Assembly: GCA_951406725.2 (NCBI GenBank)
Contig: OX597824.1
Location: 3,472,001-3,536,000, forward strand
Direction: 5' to 3'
Length of the DNA: 64,000 bases
From: Octopus vulgaris
Lineage: Eukaryota
Shown one piece after another: positions 52,676 to 64,000 of the stretch. The notes under the pieces are model-generated. The model did not search any database. It had not been told where the DNA came from and saw only the letters and a list, made by a program, of their open reading frames with translations. Every line of letters starts with the position of its first letter. The first letter of the stretch is position 1. Position numbers and translations under genes: made by a program.

Positions 52676-52763
52676 ATGTGGTACGATTGTTTCATGTTAC
52701 TTCATTTTATTAAACAATGTAAGTATTACATCAGTTTTAAAATGTCGAGCAATCTTCAGCCAC
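52676..52763 (-). ncRNA. Hammerhead-like motif with long stem II insertion, in pLTR-like element 52644-52820
   Basis: Minus strand GTGG-CTGAAGA-ttgct...aaca-t-GAAA-caatcg-TA-CCAC. Confidence 0.55.
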
Positions 52764-52820
52764 TGATAGAAATTTTTCATTTAAATGGACAATGCACATT
52801 CTTATCCTTATTCCGTTTGC

Positions 52821-52861
<41 letters not shown>

Positions 52862-53749
52862 CATACATACACACATACACAGACACACACACACACACAC
52901 TCATACACGCACATGACAGGCTTCTTTTGATCTCTGTGTACCAAATCAAGTGACAAGGTTTAGTTCAACCTGGGACTATAGTAGAAGACAGCTGCCAAGG
53001 TGCTGTGCTGTGAGATTGAAACTGAAACCACGTGGTTGGGAAGCAATCTTCATCTTCCTAATCACACAGCCATGTATTATAATTATGAATATAGATCTTC
53101 ATTTAAAAACAAGAGACACCAAACATACACCAGGCACTGCACTTAAATATTCTATGATGAACATAAACAATATCATTGTTATCTGAACCATGTCACTTAC
53201 CCCAAAACAGAAAACAAGGGCTTATACATATCCTTTAAGCCTCACATGCTTCTTATTGTTGTTGTTTTTCCCTTTGAAGCATATTTTTTCCCCATATTTT
53301 CATGGTATGCAGCCAATGTTTTAATTGATATAATTGGGTGAATCTTCCAAATTATATAATTGGTTTTGTACACATTTTATGTCAACTCATATAGAATTAG
53401 ATCAGATTAACTGCTTCAAGTGTGTTCTGTGTTCCCCTTACACCCTGATTATATCCCACACTTGGTAGGGAAACCATTAGTCTTGTGTCACATTCAAAAG
53501 TTGTTAAGTCTAGACTCTAAGTCCTGAACTTCTCAGACAGTTCTCCGATTTTATCTTTATCTACTCCCATCTTCTTCTATCTTGCTAAGTTCTAGCCATG
53601 TAGGGCTACATGGCTAGGTTCTAGCCATGTAGGGCTTTTCTTGCCATTGTCTAAGCATATTTTGTTCTTTTATTGTTTTATTTAATGTTATACAATATTA
53701 CAAAATACATCTATAGATTTTAGCCAACACTATGCATTATATTAGATAC

Positions 53750-54013
53750 CCTGACTAGCGTCCATGTCAGTGACACATAAAAGCACTAACCGATCGTGGC
53801 CGTTTGCCAGTCCCCTCTGGTGCCTGTGCCGGTGGCACGTAAAAAGCACCCACTACACTCACGGAGTGGTTGGCGTTAGGAAGGGAATCCAGCTGTAGAA
53901 ACCTTGCCAGATCAGACTGGAGCCTGGTGCAGCCTCCTGGCTTCCCAGACCCTGGTCGAACCGTCCAACCCATGCTAGCATGGAAAACAGACGTTAAACG
54001 ATGATGATGGTGA
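53750..54013 (+). mobile_element. Family B element
   Basis: Homology to other copies. Confidence 0.8.
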
Positions 54014-54640
54014 TCCTGTAGTTTGGCTGGCCATTGGGGCACCACTGATGACTTTGCAGCCAAATCCCTCCCCCCAAATCTCTGTCTTCTGCCTCCCACC
54101 TCTCATCTTTAGGCCTGTCTACAAACTGACATTTTTTTCCCACCTCTTTCTTTGTTTGCCTCTGTGTCTGTCACCTTTGACTGTTCCTTGAAGGATTGTT
54201 TTGGCCATCTCTGATGAGCAGGTGACATGCCCAAACCACCAAAGCTTGCTTTTCTTCACAAACAGACCCCATTGCCTGCCTTTTTCTTCATTTTATTTCC
54301 TCATTTGTGGCACAATCTCTGTGTGGATATTCCCAAAAGTCTCCTGAAACATCTCAGCAGCCTGGATTCTTCTTTCAATTTCTGCTGTCAGTGTCCATTT
54401 CTCACTGGTGTACAGGAATATTGAGATCACTAATGATCTCTTTAGCCTAATTCTGGAGCTCAGTGAGATATTTCTGTCTCTTCACAGTCTTCTGAATTTG
54501 GTCATTGCTGCTGTTGTTTTGGCAATGCAGAATATCACTTCAGGCTTGGAACCTTGGCCACTCACTATCACCCCAAGACATTTGAAGTTCTAAACCTGTT
54601 CAAGCTCAACTCCACTGATGCTTCTTATGTTTGTACTGAT
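54014..54640 (-). mobile_element. Degraded RTE-clade LINE 3' fragment
   Basis: Minus strand VELEQV.NFKCLG...GHVTCSSEMAKTILQGTVKGDRHRGKQRKRWEKN...SSVVPQWPAKLQD. Confidence 0.75.
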
Positions 54641-55103
54641 TCTCTGCATTTACCTCCATACCAAATTCCTTGCAGGCCTTGTCTAGGCACTCTACTAGTT
54701 GTTTCAGTTCTTGTTCTGAGCCCGCTAGTCTGAGAATATCCTCTGCAAAGCACAGGTTTGTTAGGTTTCCACCGCCAATGCCTTAAATGGTACATCACAC
54801 ATACTGAGAAGAGTATTGTCACTGTCAATTTTCTTTCCTTTTTCCCTCTTTATTTTATTTCTTTACTTTTTTATTATTTTTTCCCCTTTTTCTCTCTATC
54901 TTTCTTCCCCTTTTACTGTGTCACATGACTTTATAAATGAGCAATCTGGTGTTTATTTTACTGGCCTACCAATGTATAAAATACGTTTTTCTGCTCTAGG
55001 TGTCAAGAAGACACTTGGCAAAAAATGGAAACAGATTTGAAAGAAGATGCTAATGAAAATAAGAAATAATAATAATAATTATAATAATAATAATAATAAT
55101 AAT

Positions 55104-55850
55104 GGATGCAGAGGTGTGAGCTGAAGATAGACAGAAGCCCTTGTGTGTGCTGCACAAGAATATGCATTGGGGACAAAGTATGTGAAGTGCAGAATTGCTG
55201 ATACAACTGAGAGAGACAAATGGAGAATGTGAGGTGAAACAGGCACATTGTTAGTGAATGCGTGAAATTGGCACAATGTGACTCCAGAAGATGACAATGT
55301 GGCAAGAATGGGAGTTCTGTGAAAAGTATGGCCTAGGAAAATCAAAGATGTGCTATGACATCTTCCAGAAAGAGTTACTGAGAATAAAGAGTGCAAAATC
55401 TTGTGGGATGCGATGATTCAGTGGGACCGTCAGACCAGACATCAGAAGCCTGACATTGTTGTGGTGAACAGAAAAGATAAAACTTGCAGGATAATCGATA
55501 GAGCGTGTCCCGGTGACCACAGGATCAAAGAGAAAGAAGAAGAAAAAGTGAACAACTATAGCAATTTGAAGTGGGAAATACACAGATTGTGGGCAATGAA
55601 GAGAGTGGACGTGATACCAGTAGTGCTTGGCATGCTTGGAAGTATCAGCACTCAACCACCAACATGGCTCAAAAAGATTGGTACAAATGTAAAAACAGAA
55701 CACCTACGAAAAACATCATTGCTTGGAAATGCAAGAGTTCTCAGCAGGGTTCTTGAAGCTTGACCAGTAAACGAATGTCACCTTAGTCTCCTTGCTGTAA
55801 GCAGCTGACACTTTCCATCATACTCAACGAAATAAGCTGAGTTTTCATCA
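55104..55850 (+). mobile_element. 5'-truncated R4/Dong-like LINE (CCHC + restriction-like endonuclease) inserted in (TAA)n
   Basis: ILWDAMIQWDRQTRHQKPDIVVVNRKDKTCRIIDRACPGD...KEEEKVNNYSNLKWEIHRLW...VIPVVLGMLG; (AAT)n on both sides. Confidence 0.85.
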
Positions 55851-55881
<31 letters not shown>

Positions 55882-56587
55882 CGAAAGGTAAAAATAATGC
55901 AGATAGCCACAAAACTGTAGCAAAATGAAAAACCGATTTCCGTTTAAGGGAAGCCAATAAATATAAAACCTCTAATTTATATTTGTTGGCTTTTATGAGG
56001 TAACAACCACACACAAGGATGATGAAGAAATAGCAACAGAAACTATAAATATACAAATTCTAAAAAAAAACAGAAAAAACGGATTACCGGTGCATTAACA
56101 ATGTTCTGTTTCAGTGTTGTTCTGTCGGAGAGAAAAGCATTCAAACAAAACAAAATTCATGCTTCAGTGATTTATTAATCAAACTTTCTACCCACAATGC
56201 ATTGTCTGTATAACTTGTTCTGTGCAGTTTACTTAAACCCTTGATAATGGTAATCTCTCCATGGACAGTCAAGAGGCTAGATGGTCATTGATGGAATTCC
56301 AAACAAGACTGAAGTTAACTTGGCTGATCTCTCCTCTCCTTTTTGTGAAAGCTTTGTTCATTCAGTCATTTGTATGTTCGTTTCCCTGCTGCAATGGGTA
56401 ACATGGGTGCATCTTATTAAAGCATTATTGTACAGTAGATGTGACCTTCCTTCTTCTCACCCTTACCTTGAGTAAGGTATTTGTTTTTTTTCCTTTATTC
56501 CACACATCTATAAAAGTGCAGATCTGACACAAAATTGACTGGCAATTGTCAACAAAATTCACCATTTGTTGCTTAATGCTATTTTCC

Positions 56588-56885
56588 TCATCATCATCGT
56601 TTAACGTCCTAGCATGGGTTGGACGATTTGACTGAGGTCTGGCAAACCAGATGGCTGCACCAGGCTTCAATCTTGATCTGGCAGAGTTTCTACATCTAGA
56701 TGCCCTTCCTAATGCCAACCACTCCGAGAGTGTAGTGGGTACTTTTTACATGTCGCTGGCACTGGGGGCCAGTCAGGTGGTTCTGGAAAAGATTACACTC
56801 AAAAGGTATTTTTATATGTTACCTGCACGGGAGCCAGTCCAGCAGCACTGGCAATGACCACGCTCAAATGATTTTGAAGAGATGG
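56588..56885 (-). mobile_element. Family B element
   Basis: Homology to other copies. Confidence 0.75.
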
Positions 56886-57587
56886 GTCAGTTTTGGAGAG
56901 TGCAGTCCTAGTCATGTTAGAGATGATGATGATGATGGTGGTGGTGGTAGTGTGAGGTGGGTGGAGAAACTGCAGGTTTTGAAGCAACTCTTTTATTCTG
57001 ATGATTCAGTCATTTTGCTGCAGCATCATTCTTGGGGCACCTCCTTGAAGGGTTTAGCTGAAAAAGTTAGCCCTAGTATTTAAGTCTGGCATTTATTGTA
57101 TTGGGCCCTTTTGCTGAAATCACAAAGTTATGGGGATATAAGCAAACAAATACCAATTGCAAAGCAATGTTGGAGAGTGGGAACTCTTTCACACTCACAC
57201 ACACCAAGGACTTCATTCAGATCCTGTCTGGGGCTGTTGTAAAAGAAAAAAAACCCTTGTCCAAGGTGCCAAACAATGGAATTCAAGCCAAAACCATTTG
57301 GTTGCAAAGCAAGTTTTTCTTTACTGTACCATTGTTGTTCATGAACATTCCTCTTCTCACTGATTTTGGAATTGATGGGCAAAACTGGCACTAAACATGG
57401 TTTTTCTTTTCTGCATGTGTGTGTGTGCGTGCGTGCGTGTGTGTGTGCATGCATGTGTGTGTGTGCGTGCGTGTGTGTGCATGCATGCATGTGTGTGTGT
57501 GTGTGTGTTGGTGCTGTAACTGTAGTGTACAGTGTAAGCAAGGATTTATTTTTGGAATGTGTCATTCCTCCTTGACCACTCGACAGC

Positions 57588-57680
57588 CCAAAACATTATG
57601 ACTGACCAAAACATTATGACTGACCAAAACATTATGACTGACCAAAACATTATGACTGACCAAAACATTATGACTGACCA
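57588..57680. repeat. 18-bp minisatellite x5
   Basis: Unit ccaaaacattatgactga. Confidence 0.95.
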
Positions 57681-57887
57681 ATCTTCCACTTAAAGAAAAG
57701 AAAAACAGAAAACAAACAAAAGCAAACCCCATTCAACATAAAATTTACTTCTCAGTTCAAAGGAAAAATAAAATGAAATGTTTTGGTAACAGTTTTTAGT
57801 TCCAGTTTATTGGAAAGCGATTCCTTATAGATTCATCATCAGACGGCTATAATGGCTCAAAGTCGAAATTCTTAACACTTTTTCTCC

Positions 57888-57918
<31 letters not shown>

Positions 57919-57935
57919 TCCTCCTTTCTTTATCT

Positions 57936-57975
<40 letters not shown>

Positions 57976-59100
57976 TCCATTATTACCAAAGGAAACTTTA
58001 CAGAATCATTTAGTAAATAGGTAAATAGGTTTCTATTACTAAACACACATCTTTCAAGAAACTTTAGTGTAGGTTTTTGCTTAATGTTTCCTATTTTTTT
58101 TTTGTCTTTTTCCTTCTTTTCGTTTTCTTTTCTTTTCTTTTCGCTATTCAGCAGGGTTGTCTTCATTTTGTTTTTTCATGTTTATTCATTTCTTTTATTC
58201 TTTCCTAACACGTTTTTTAAAGTGTTTTCTCTGCTTTATCTTAACCATTTGAAGCAATAAAGACAACTTTTTAATATTTTTTTTTACATTTAATTATTTT
58301 ATTATGAGTATTTTTTTTATCTAATGATTATGATAATGAGTTGTCATCTTCCCCATCTTAGCAACAGCATCAACAGCAGAAGCATTTTTATGACTGTCTT
58401 TGATTTTCAAAATGGAAAAAAATGTCTCAAAACAATTGCCCTAGGTTCTATATGCAAATTTGGGCCTCCTGTGAACTAATTCTGTCCATGGCACTGTATT
58501 TCTCCTGAGTAAGCATTGCTGAAAGAGGGATGCATGAAATATACCCATGTGTCTTTCATGCCATCAAATGCAATTATCATTAGCTTGATAACTATCGTGT
58601 TAGTTGTTCATTATGGTTGGTTAATAAGCAAACGATAGCACATAACACTGAGAGGACTCTTTGATCTTGTCTTGTCAATAACATGACAATCCCTTTAGTG
58701 CTGGTGCCATGATGCATCCAGTGCACTTGGTAATGTGGTTGGTTTTAGGAAGGGCATACAGCCATAAAAAGCCATGTTAAAAATAAACGTACAAGTAAGA
58801 GATGGTTCTCAACCTGTCTAGGAGTAACTTGGAAACTCGGGGTAAAAACTGACTTGAACTGTGATGACCCAACCCATCCAACCCTGGCCTTCATGTAAAA
58901 TGGATTTCAAAAATGAAGACATACAAGCATGGTTGTATAGTTAAGAAGTTTGTTCCCTTACAACATGGTTTTACGTTCAGCCCTACTGTGTTATACCTTG
59001 CACAAATGCCTTCTACTATAGCCCCAGCCCAACCATAGCCTTCTGAGAGAATTTAGCTGACAGAAGCTGAAAGAACCCCCAATGTGTCTATGTGTATTTA

Positions 59101-59124
<24 letters not shown>

Positions 59125-59131
<7 letters not shown>

Positions 59132-59430
59132 AATAAAATACAAAATGGGACAAGAACGCAAAACATCCGGACAACAAGGTGATACAAAAAGGACAACAAA
59201 ACATCCAGATAGATGACACAAAAAAACAAGGACAGGTCATTCGAAGATTAATCAGCCAAAATTGCGAGGATGGTCCAGTTCTTGACTGAGGATAAAAAGC
59301 TTCGAATGACCCGTCCTTGTTTTCTTTGTATCGTCTATCTGGATGTTTTGTTGTCCCCTTTTGTATCACCTAGTTGTCTGGATGTTTTGCATTCTTGTCC
59401 CATTTTGTATTTTATTTTATTTATATATAT
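59125..59430. mobile_element. Fold-back element in (TA)n (Penelope pLTR-like)
   Basis: About 125-bp inverted repeat 59125-59248 / 59300-59430 with an internal aaaacatcc(a/g)ga repeat. Confidence 0.6.
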
Positions 59431-59446
59431 ATATATACACACACAT

Positions 59447-59634
59447 ATGCCAGTGGCACATAAAAAGCACCCACTACAATCTCGGAGTGGTTGGCATTAG
59501 GAAGGGCATCCAGCTGTAGAAACCTTGCCAGACAACATTAGAGACTAGTACAGCCTTCTGGCTTGCCAGTCTTCAGTCAAACTGTCCAACCCATGCCAGC
59601 ATGGAAAGCAGGTGTTAAACAATGATGATGATGA
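59447..59634 (+). mobile_element. Family B element
   Basis: Homology to other copies. Confidence 0.8.
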
Positions 59635-60303
59635 TATATATATATACATATATATATGTGTATATATGTATATCATCATCATTTAATGTCCATTTTCCAT
59701 GCTGGCATGGGTTGGACAGTTTGACAGGAGCTGGCCAGTGAGGGAACTGCTGCTCAAACACCACCTATTAAACATTTAATAACATTAATACTACCCTCTT
59801 AGTTAACCCTAACCCTAATTGAGGGTTGCCTGGAAATTTCCATACGTACTGTTTCTTCTCTTCAATCTAATACGAAATCTGCACCAGTAAGGAAACTACC
59901 ACCAATACCATCACACTTACGCCACCACCACCACTACCACAAACATCAGGATCATTTGTACCACGTCAGTGCTCCTCATCAAAATTACCCCAACCCCACC
60001 ATCACCAAATCTCTTTTATTATTATCAAAAGTGCCATCATTATCCTCTCATCAACACCACCATCCTTACATTACCATTCACACCACCACTTCCACATCAG
60101 CATCAGCATCACTGATCCCCCTATTACCACATCATTAAATTCCCCCTGATCATGGTATTTTTTTTCTTTATTGCTTTCAAATTAATTGATTAAAATGATT
60201 TATTATTAACAAGTTTGTATCAGTTTGGGAAATGGAAAAATACAAAGAAGAATGTGTATTGATTTCATTTGTGATTTATATTCTTTTTTATACTTTTATT
60301 CAG

Positions 60304-60490
60304 ACTTTTGAATTAATAACTGCTGACCGTGAAGGAGAAAACAGTAGTTTATCAGGACAAGGAACACCTGAGTCACCTCGCTCAGAATGCATTCATCCAC
60401 TTAATTCCGAAGAAAGAGTGAGTTTTGAGCAACAACTGACCCACCTTCAAGAACAGCTGGTGGCTATTATGATAGAAAACCAAGCTCTGA
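60304..60490 (+). CDS. GRAMD4: Coding exon with coiled coil, probable GRAMD4-like gene
   Basis: Acceptor tttattcag, donor A|GTAAGT (phase 1). TFELITADREG...EERVSFEQQLTHLQEQLVAIMIENQAL resembles the GRAMD4 N-terminal coiled coil (FDRLNEIKGHLEIALLEKHFL). Symbol is tentative. Confidence 0.65.
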
Positions 60491-60900
60491 GTAAGTTTGT
60501 TTCACCAAAATATTCCTCTTCTAAACTCTGAGTAAACATGTAGCTCCTCTACAACAGGAAACCTGTTCTGGCCCCTTCTTTCATACTTTTACATCTCATT
60601 GCCCCAAATAAACCCCTCTCAGTCCAGAGAGAATCTTAATGTTGGAAGCTGCATGACAACATCACTAGTGTTGGTGCCATGAAGAAGAGCACTCAATGCA
60701 CCCTGTAAAGTGTCTGTTGCTAGGAAGGGTATGTAACCATAGAAACCATATTAAAGCAGACATTGGATCATGGCACTATCCTATGATCTCTTGGATCCTG
60801 TCAAACCATCCAACCCATGCCAGCATGGAAAATAGATGATAAAACATGATGATAATGATGATGATGATGATGATGGTGGTGGTGGAGATGATTTTTTATT

Positions 60901-61053
60901 ACTCACAGGGTGGTTGGCGTTAGGAAGGGCATCCAGCTGTAGAAACACTGCCAGATCAGACTGGAGCCTGGCGCAGCCTTCTGACTTCCCAGACCCTGGT
61001 CGAACCATCCAACCCATGCTAGCATGGAAAACAGACGTTAAACGATGATGATG
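60901..61053 (+). mobile_element. Family B element (truncated)
   Basis: Homology to other copies. Confidence 0.8.
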
Positions 61054-62169
61054 TTTATTGACTGAGGACAACAGACTCCTCTGCCAACTGCAGTCCTCTG
61101 CTGATGGTTTCCATCACCTACTACAGTGGTGCAATGTCTGCAGACAAGATGCAGTTCACCCAGTTCACATATTTATTTCGTTTTATTTATATTTTATTGA
61201 ATTATTTTTCTGTCATGGAATTTGAAGTTGTAATATTAGAAATATGACTCTAAACGATGTAAAGTAGTTAATCTAGTTAAATATTAATTAACCCTTTTAA
61301 TACCAACCCACTTGTGTCCATCTCAGCTTTTATGATATAAAACCATCTATTTTAAAGTGTTCCTGTATAAATCTAAAACTTCTGTCATAAATTTTAGAAA
61401 GAATCCATTGTTTATATATTTTACATACCCACTTAATTGTCTCTCATTAAATTAATAATTGTTTATAATTATTGTTCCTAAAATAGGCACAAGGGCTGAA
61501 ATTTAGGGTTTTAGGGGTTAGTCGATGAAATCAACCCCAGTACTTGACTGGTACTTTATTTTATCAATCCCTACATGATGAAAGGCTAAGTCAACCTCAG
61601 TGGGATTAAACTCAGAAAGTGATGAGCCAGAAGAAATGGCAATAACCATTTAGTCCCACATGCAAATGGTTTTTGCCAGCCAAGTCAACTTGGCAGAATG
61701 TGAAGGTTGACTAGTAATATTAATAACCATAATGGACTCAATGTGTCTTGTATTAAGGTGCATTATGATTGATCGGGAAAGGTTGGGATTGGGAACAGAA
61801 TGCAGGAAGACAACAATGAAAGCCAGGAGCAGGGGACACGGAATAAAACGAGAGAGAAAAAGGGAATATAAGAAATGCCATGAAGAGGAAAAGATGCATA
61901 GGTACATCAGGAATAGTGTTGGAAAGTTTCAGGGTGCATGGAATCTTTTAAGAAGGCAGAGCCTTGATTGCTAACATCATCATCATCATCATCATCATCG
62001 TCGTTTAACGTCCGCTTTCCATGCTGGCATGGGTTGGACGATTTGACTGAGGACTGACAAACCAGATGGCTGCACCATCTGGTTCGTCACAAATAATTTG
62101 ACAATTCTGAGCATGAAAAACGTTTCCGAAAGTCATGGATGTTTCACTATATTTTGATTTTATAATCAT

Positions 62170-62560
62170 GTGAACGATTGGTAAAAGGATCGGATTCCAA
62201 AGTTGTTGTTGGAAGAATGGCGGATAATCTTGTGAGCTGCTATTAAGTCAACTGCTACACTCCGAAACCTTTGTGCCCAATGAAGCAACACGTTTAAGTT
62301 ATGGTTAAGTGACTTGTGGAGAATATTTGTCTGGTTGCATGTTTCTGGACAGTTTCCAGTAGACTGATATTCTGGAAACAATGAGTATTCCAGACTAGGA
62401 TGCAAACTGTATGAGTGGACATACGATAGCCATACATAGCTTTAAACAGGTAACCGGTTAGCAGCTGACGAAGGTTTTTGATGAATGATGTTAAGACATC
62501 TTTAGCCTTTTTGATAGAGTTTGTCCAACATGGATCATATATAGGTGTGTATTTCATTAG
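62170..62560 (-). mobile_element. Degraded CR1/Jockey-like LINE fragment
   Basis: VCILVWNTH...ISLLETVQKHATRQI resembles the RT C-terminal motif. Confidence 0.55.
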
Positions 62561-62790
62561 AAACATGGTCACGAAATAGCTAAGACAGTAGGGTGTGAGT
62601 TGAATGAAGATTTGGACTGCTATGTCTAGTAGAGTTCATGAACGTATAAAAAGGGAATCCGTCATTAGCTCAATATTGCAAATGCATGGATGTCACAACT
62701 TTCAATTTCCATCTCGTCTGCAATAAAAATATGATCTTTATTTTAGAAGAGAAAGAACCTGGAAATCGATACATATTGTGGATTTATTTG

Positions 62791-63172
62791 ATACTAGCAC
62801 TATGACCCGGCGTTGCCGGGTCATAGTGCTAGTGCATGCATATACAGCTGCGTGCGTGCGCACATACACGCGAGTACTGTCCAAATCTCCGACCAATCAC
62901 ATACAGCTAGCTGGCATTCAATTGGCATATCAAGTTTCGGGCATTTTGATTGGGTTTTGGATAGAAAATTCACAAAAACGTCACTTCTATTGATTTTTTT
63001 TAATGGCTTTGCAGGGTGACTGGGAAAATGTAAAGATGTGCACAACCACCCTTGGGTGGTTTTGAATGACCATAGAAAGTGTGAGCCCTCTAACTGAAAA
63101 ATTGTGGATTTGTATAAAGGACACACACACACACACACACACACACATTTTGCCATTTATATATATAGAGAT
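62791..63172 (+). mobile_element. Helentron/HINE (DINE-1/Lep1-like) non-autonomous element
   Basis: Starts tactagc with a 19-bp hairpin; internal (CA)n near the end; terminates tttatatatatagagat. Confidence 0.6.
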
Positions 63173-63509
63173 TATTGTTGCCCATCCGACCAGCTCTGAT
63201 AAGAGCTTGTATATCATTTCATGCAACTTTACAATTCATTATGAGAAATGTGATTGAAATGAAATATCTTTTAAATATCTAAATCTATAGGTACAAGCAT
63301 GGTTGCGTGATTACGAAGTTTAGTTTACATCCACATGGTTATAGGTTCAATCCCACTGCACAGCACTTTGGGTAATTGTGTTCTGCCATAGCCTCAAGTG
63401 GATTAAACTTTTGAATGAGGAAAACTGAATGGATGCCCTTTGTATGGTTGTGTATGTGTGTGTGTGTATATATACATATATATACATGCACACACACACA
63501 CACATACAT

Positions 63510-64000
63510 AAAATTAAGATAAACAAAATTCTTTTTTAATCTAAAATATACTCTCCTTCATTTTCTGCAATACTCTTCCACCTATCTGGTAGACTTGCAA
63601 GCACCCTCCCCCCTCTTCCAAAATCCACTTGTTCATTACAAAAAATACTCCTCTAGAACTGTTCTGACCTTGTCTACAGAATTCATATTTTTTCCGTCCA
63701 AATGATTTTGAAGACAGTAGAATAAATGATAATCAGACGAGGCAATGTCTTGCAAAAATGGGTGGGACGTTTCCCATTCAACCTGCTCCAGCCTTTGGAA
63801 TGTCATCTTCACTATATGTGGCTGAGTATTATCCTGATGGAAGAACACCTTTCGTCTTGAAACCAGAGATGGTCGTTTCTCTCCTTTGTTGTCGTTTGGT
63901 TTGGGTTTAAAAGTTCAAAGTGGACTAAACCTTTCATATCCCACTAAACAGATAACAACACCTTACAAGGGCGAAGACCTTCTTCAGCCTGGGGTGCCAG
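63510..64000 (-). mobile_element. mariner (DD34D) transposase pseudogene fragment
   Basis: FHQDNTQPH...WETSHPFLQDIASSDYHLF...LQNHLDGK matches the mariner DNARPH / YSPDLAPSDYHLF motifs. Confidence 0.85.

Noticed and set aside
57588-57680. CRISPR-like array
   Set aside because: Repeats are contiguous without spacers, in eukaryotic DNA with no cas genes. The same applies to 29939-30238.
59803-59818. Telomeric (CCCTAA)n
   Set aside because: Only about two units, too short to call; similar at 30320 and 61502.

Overview
AT-rich, microsatellite-dense eukaryotic DNA. The repeat families resemble those of octopus (coleoid cephalopod) genomes; this is recognition, not a database result. The window is mostly intron/intergenic sequence. 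Two phase-compatible + strand coding exons (51033/51111-51380 and 60304-60490) probably begin a GRAMD4-like gene, and there is a candidate upstream exon at 18939-19094. The rest is repeats: at least four SINE/non-autonomous retroelement families, fragments of RTE, R4/Dong and CR1-like LINEs, a Penelope-like GIY-YIG fragment, Tc1/mariner fragments, piggyBac/hAT/Tigger-type MITEs, a Helentron-like element and a solo LTR. The most interesting signal is a set of unrelated short Penelope-type elements, often fold-back inverted repeats in or near (TA)n tracts, carrying minimal type I hammerhead ribozyme motifs with palindromic stem III. One has a covaried G3:C8 core (21063-21113, minus strand). Almost all ORFs in the supplied track are spurious translations of repeats. 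Repeat boundaries are approximate unless a TSD is given.
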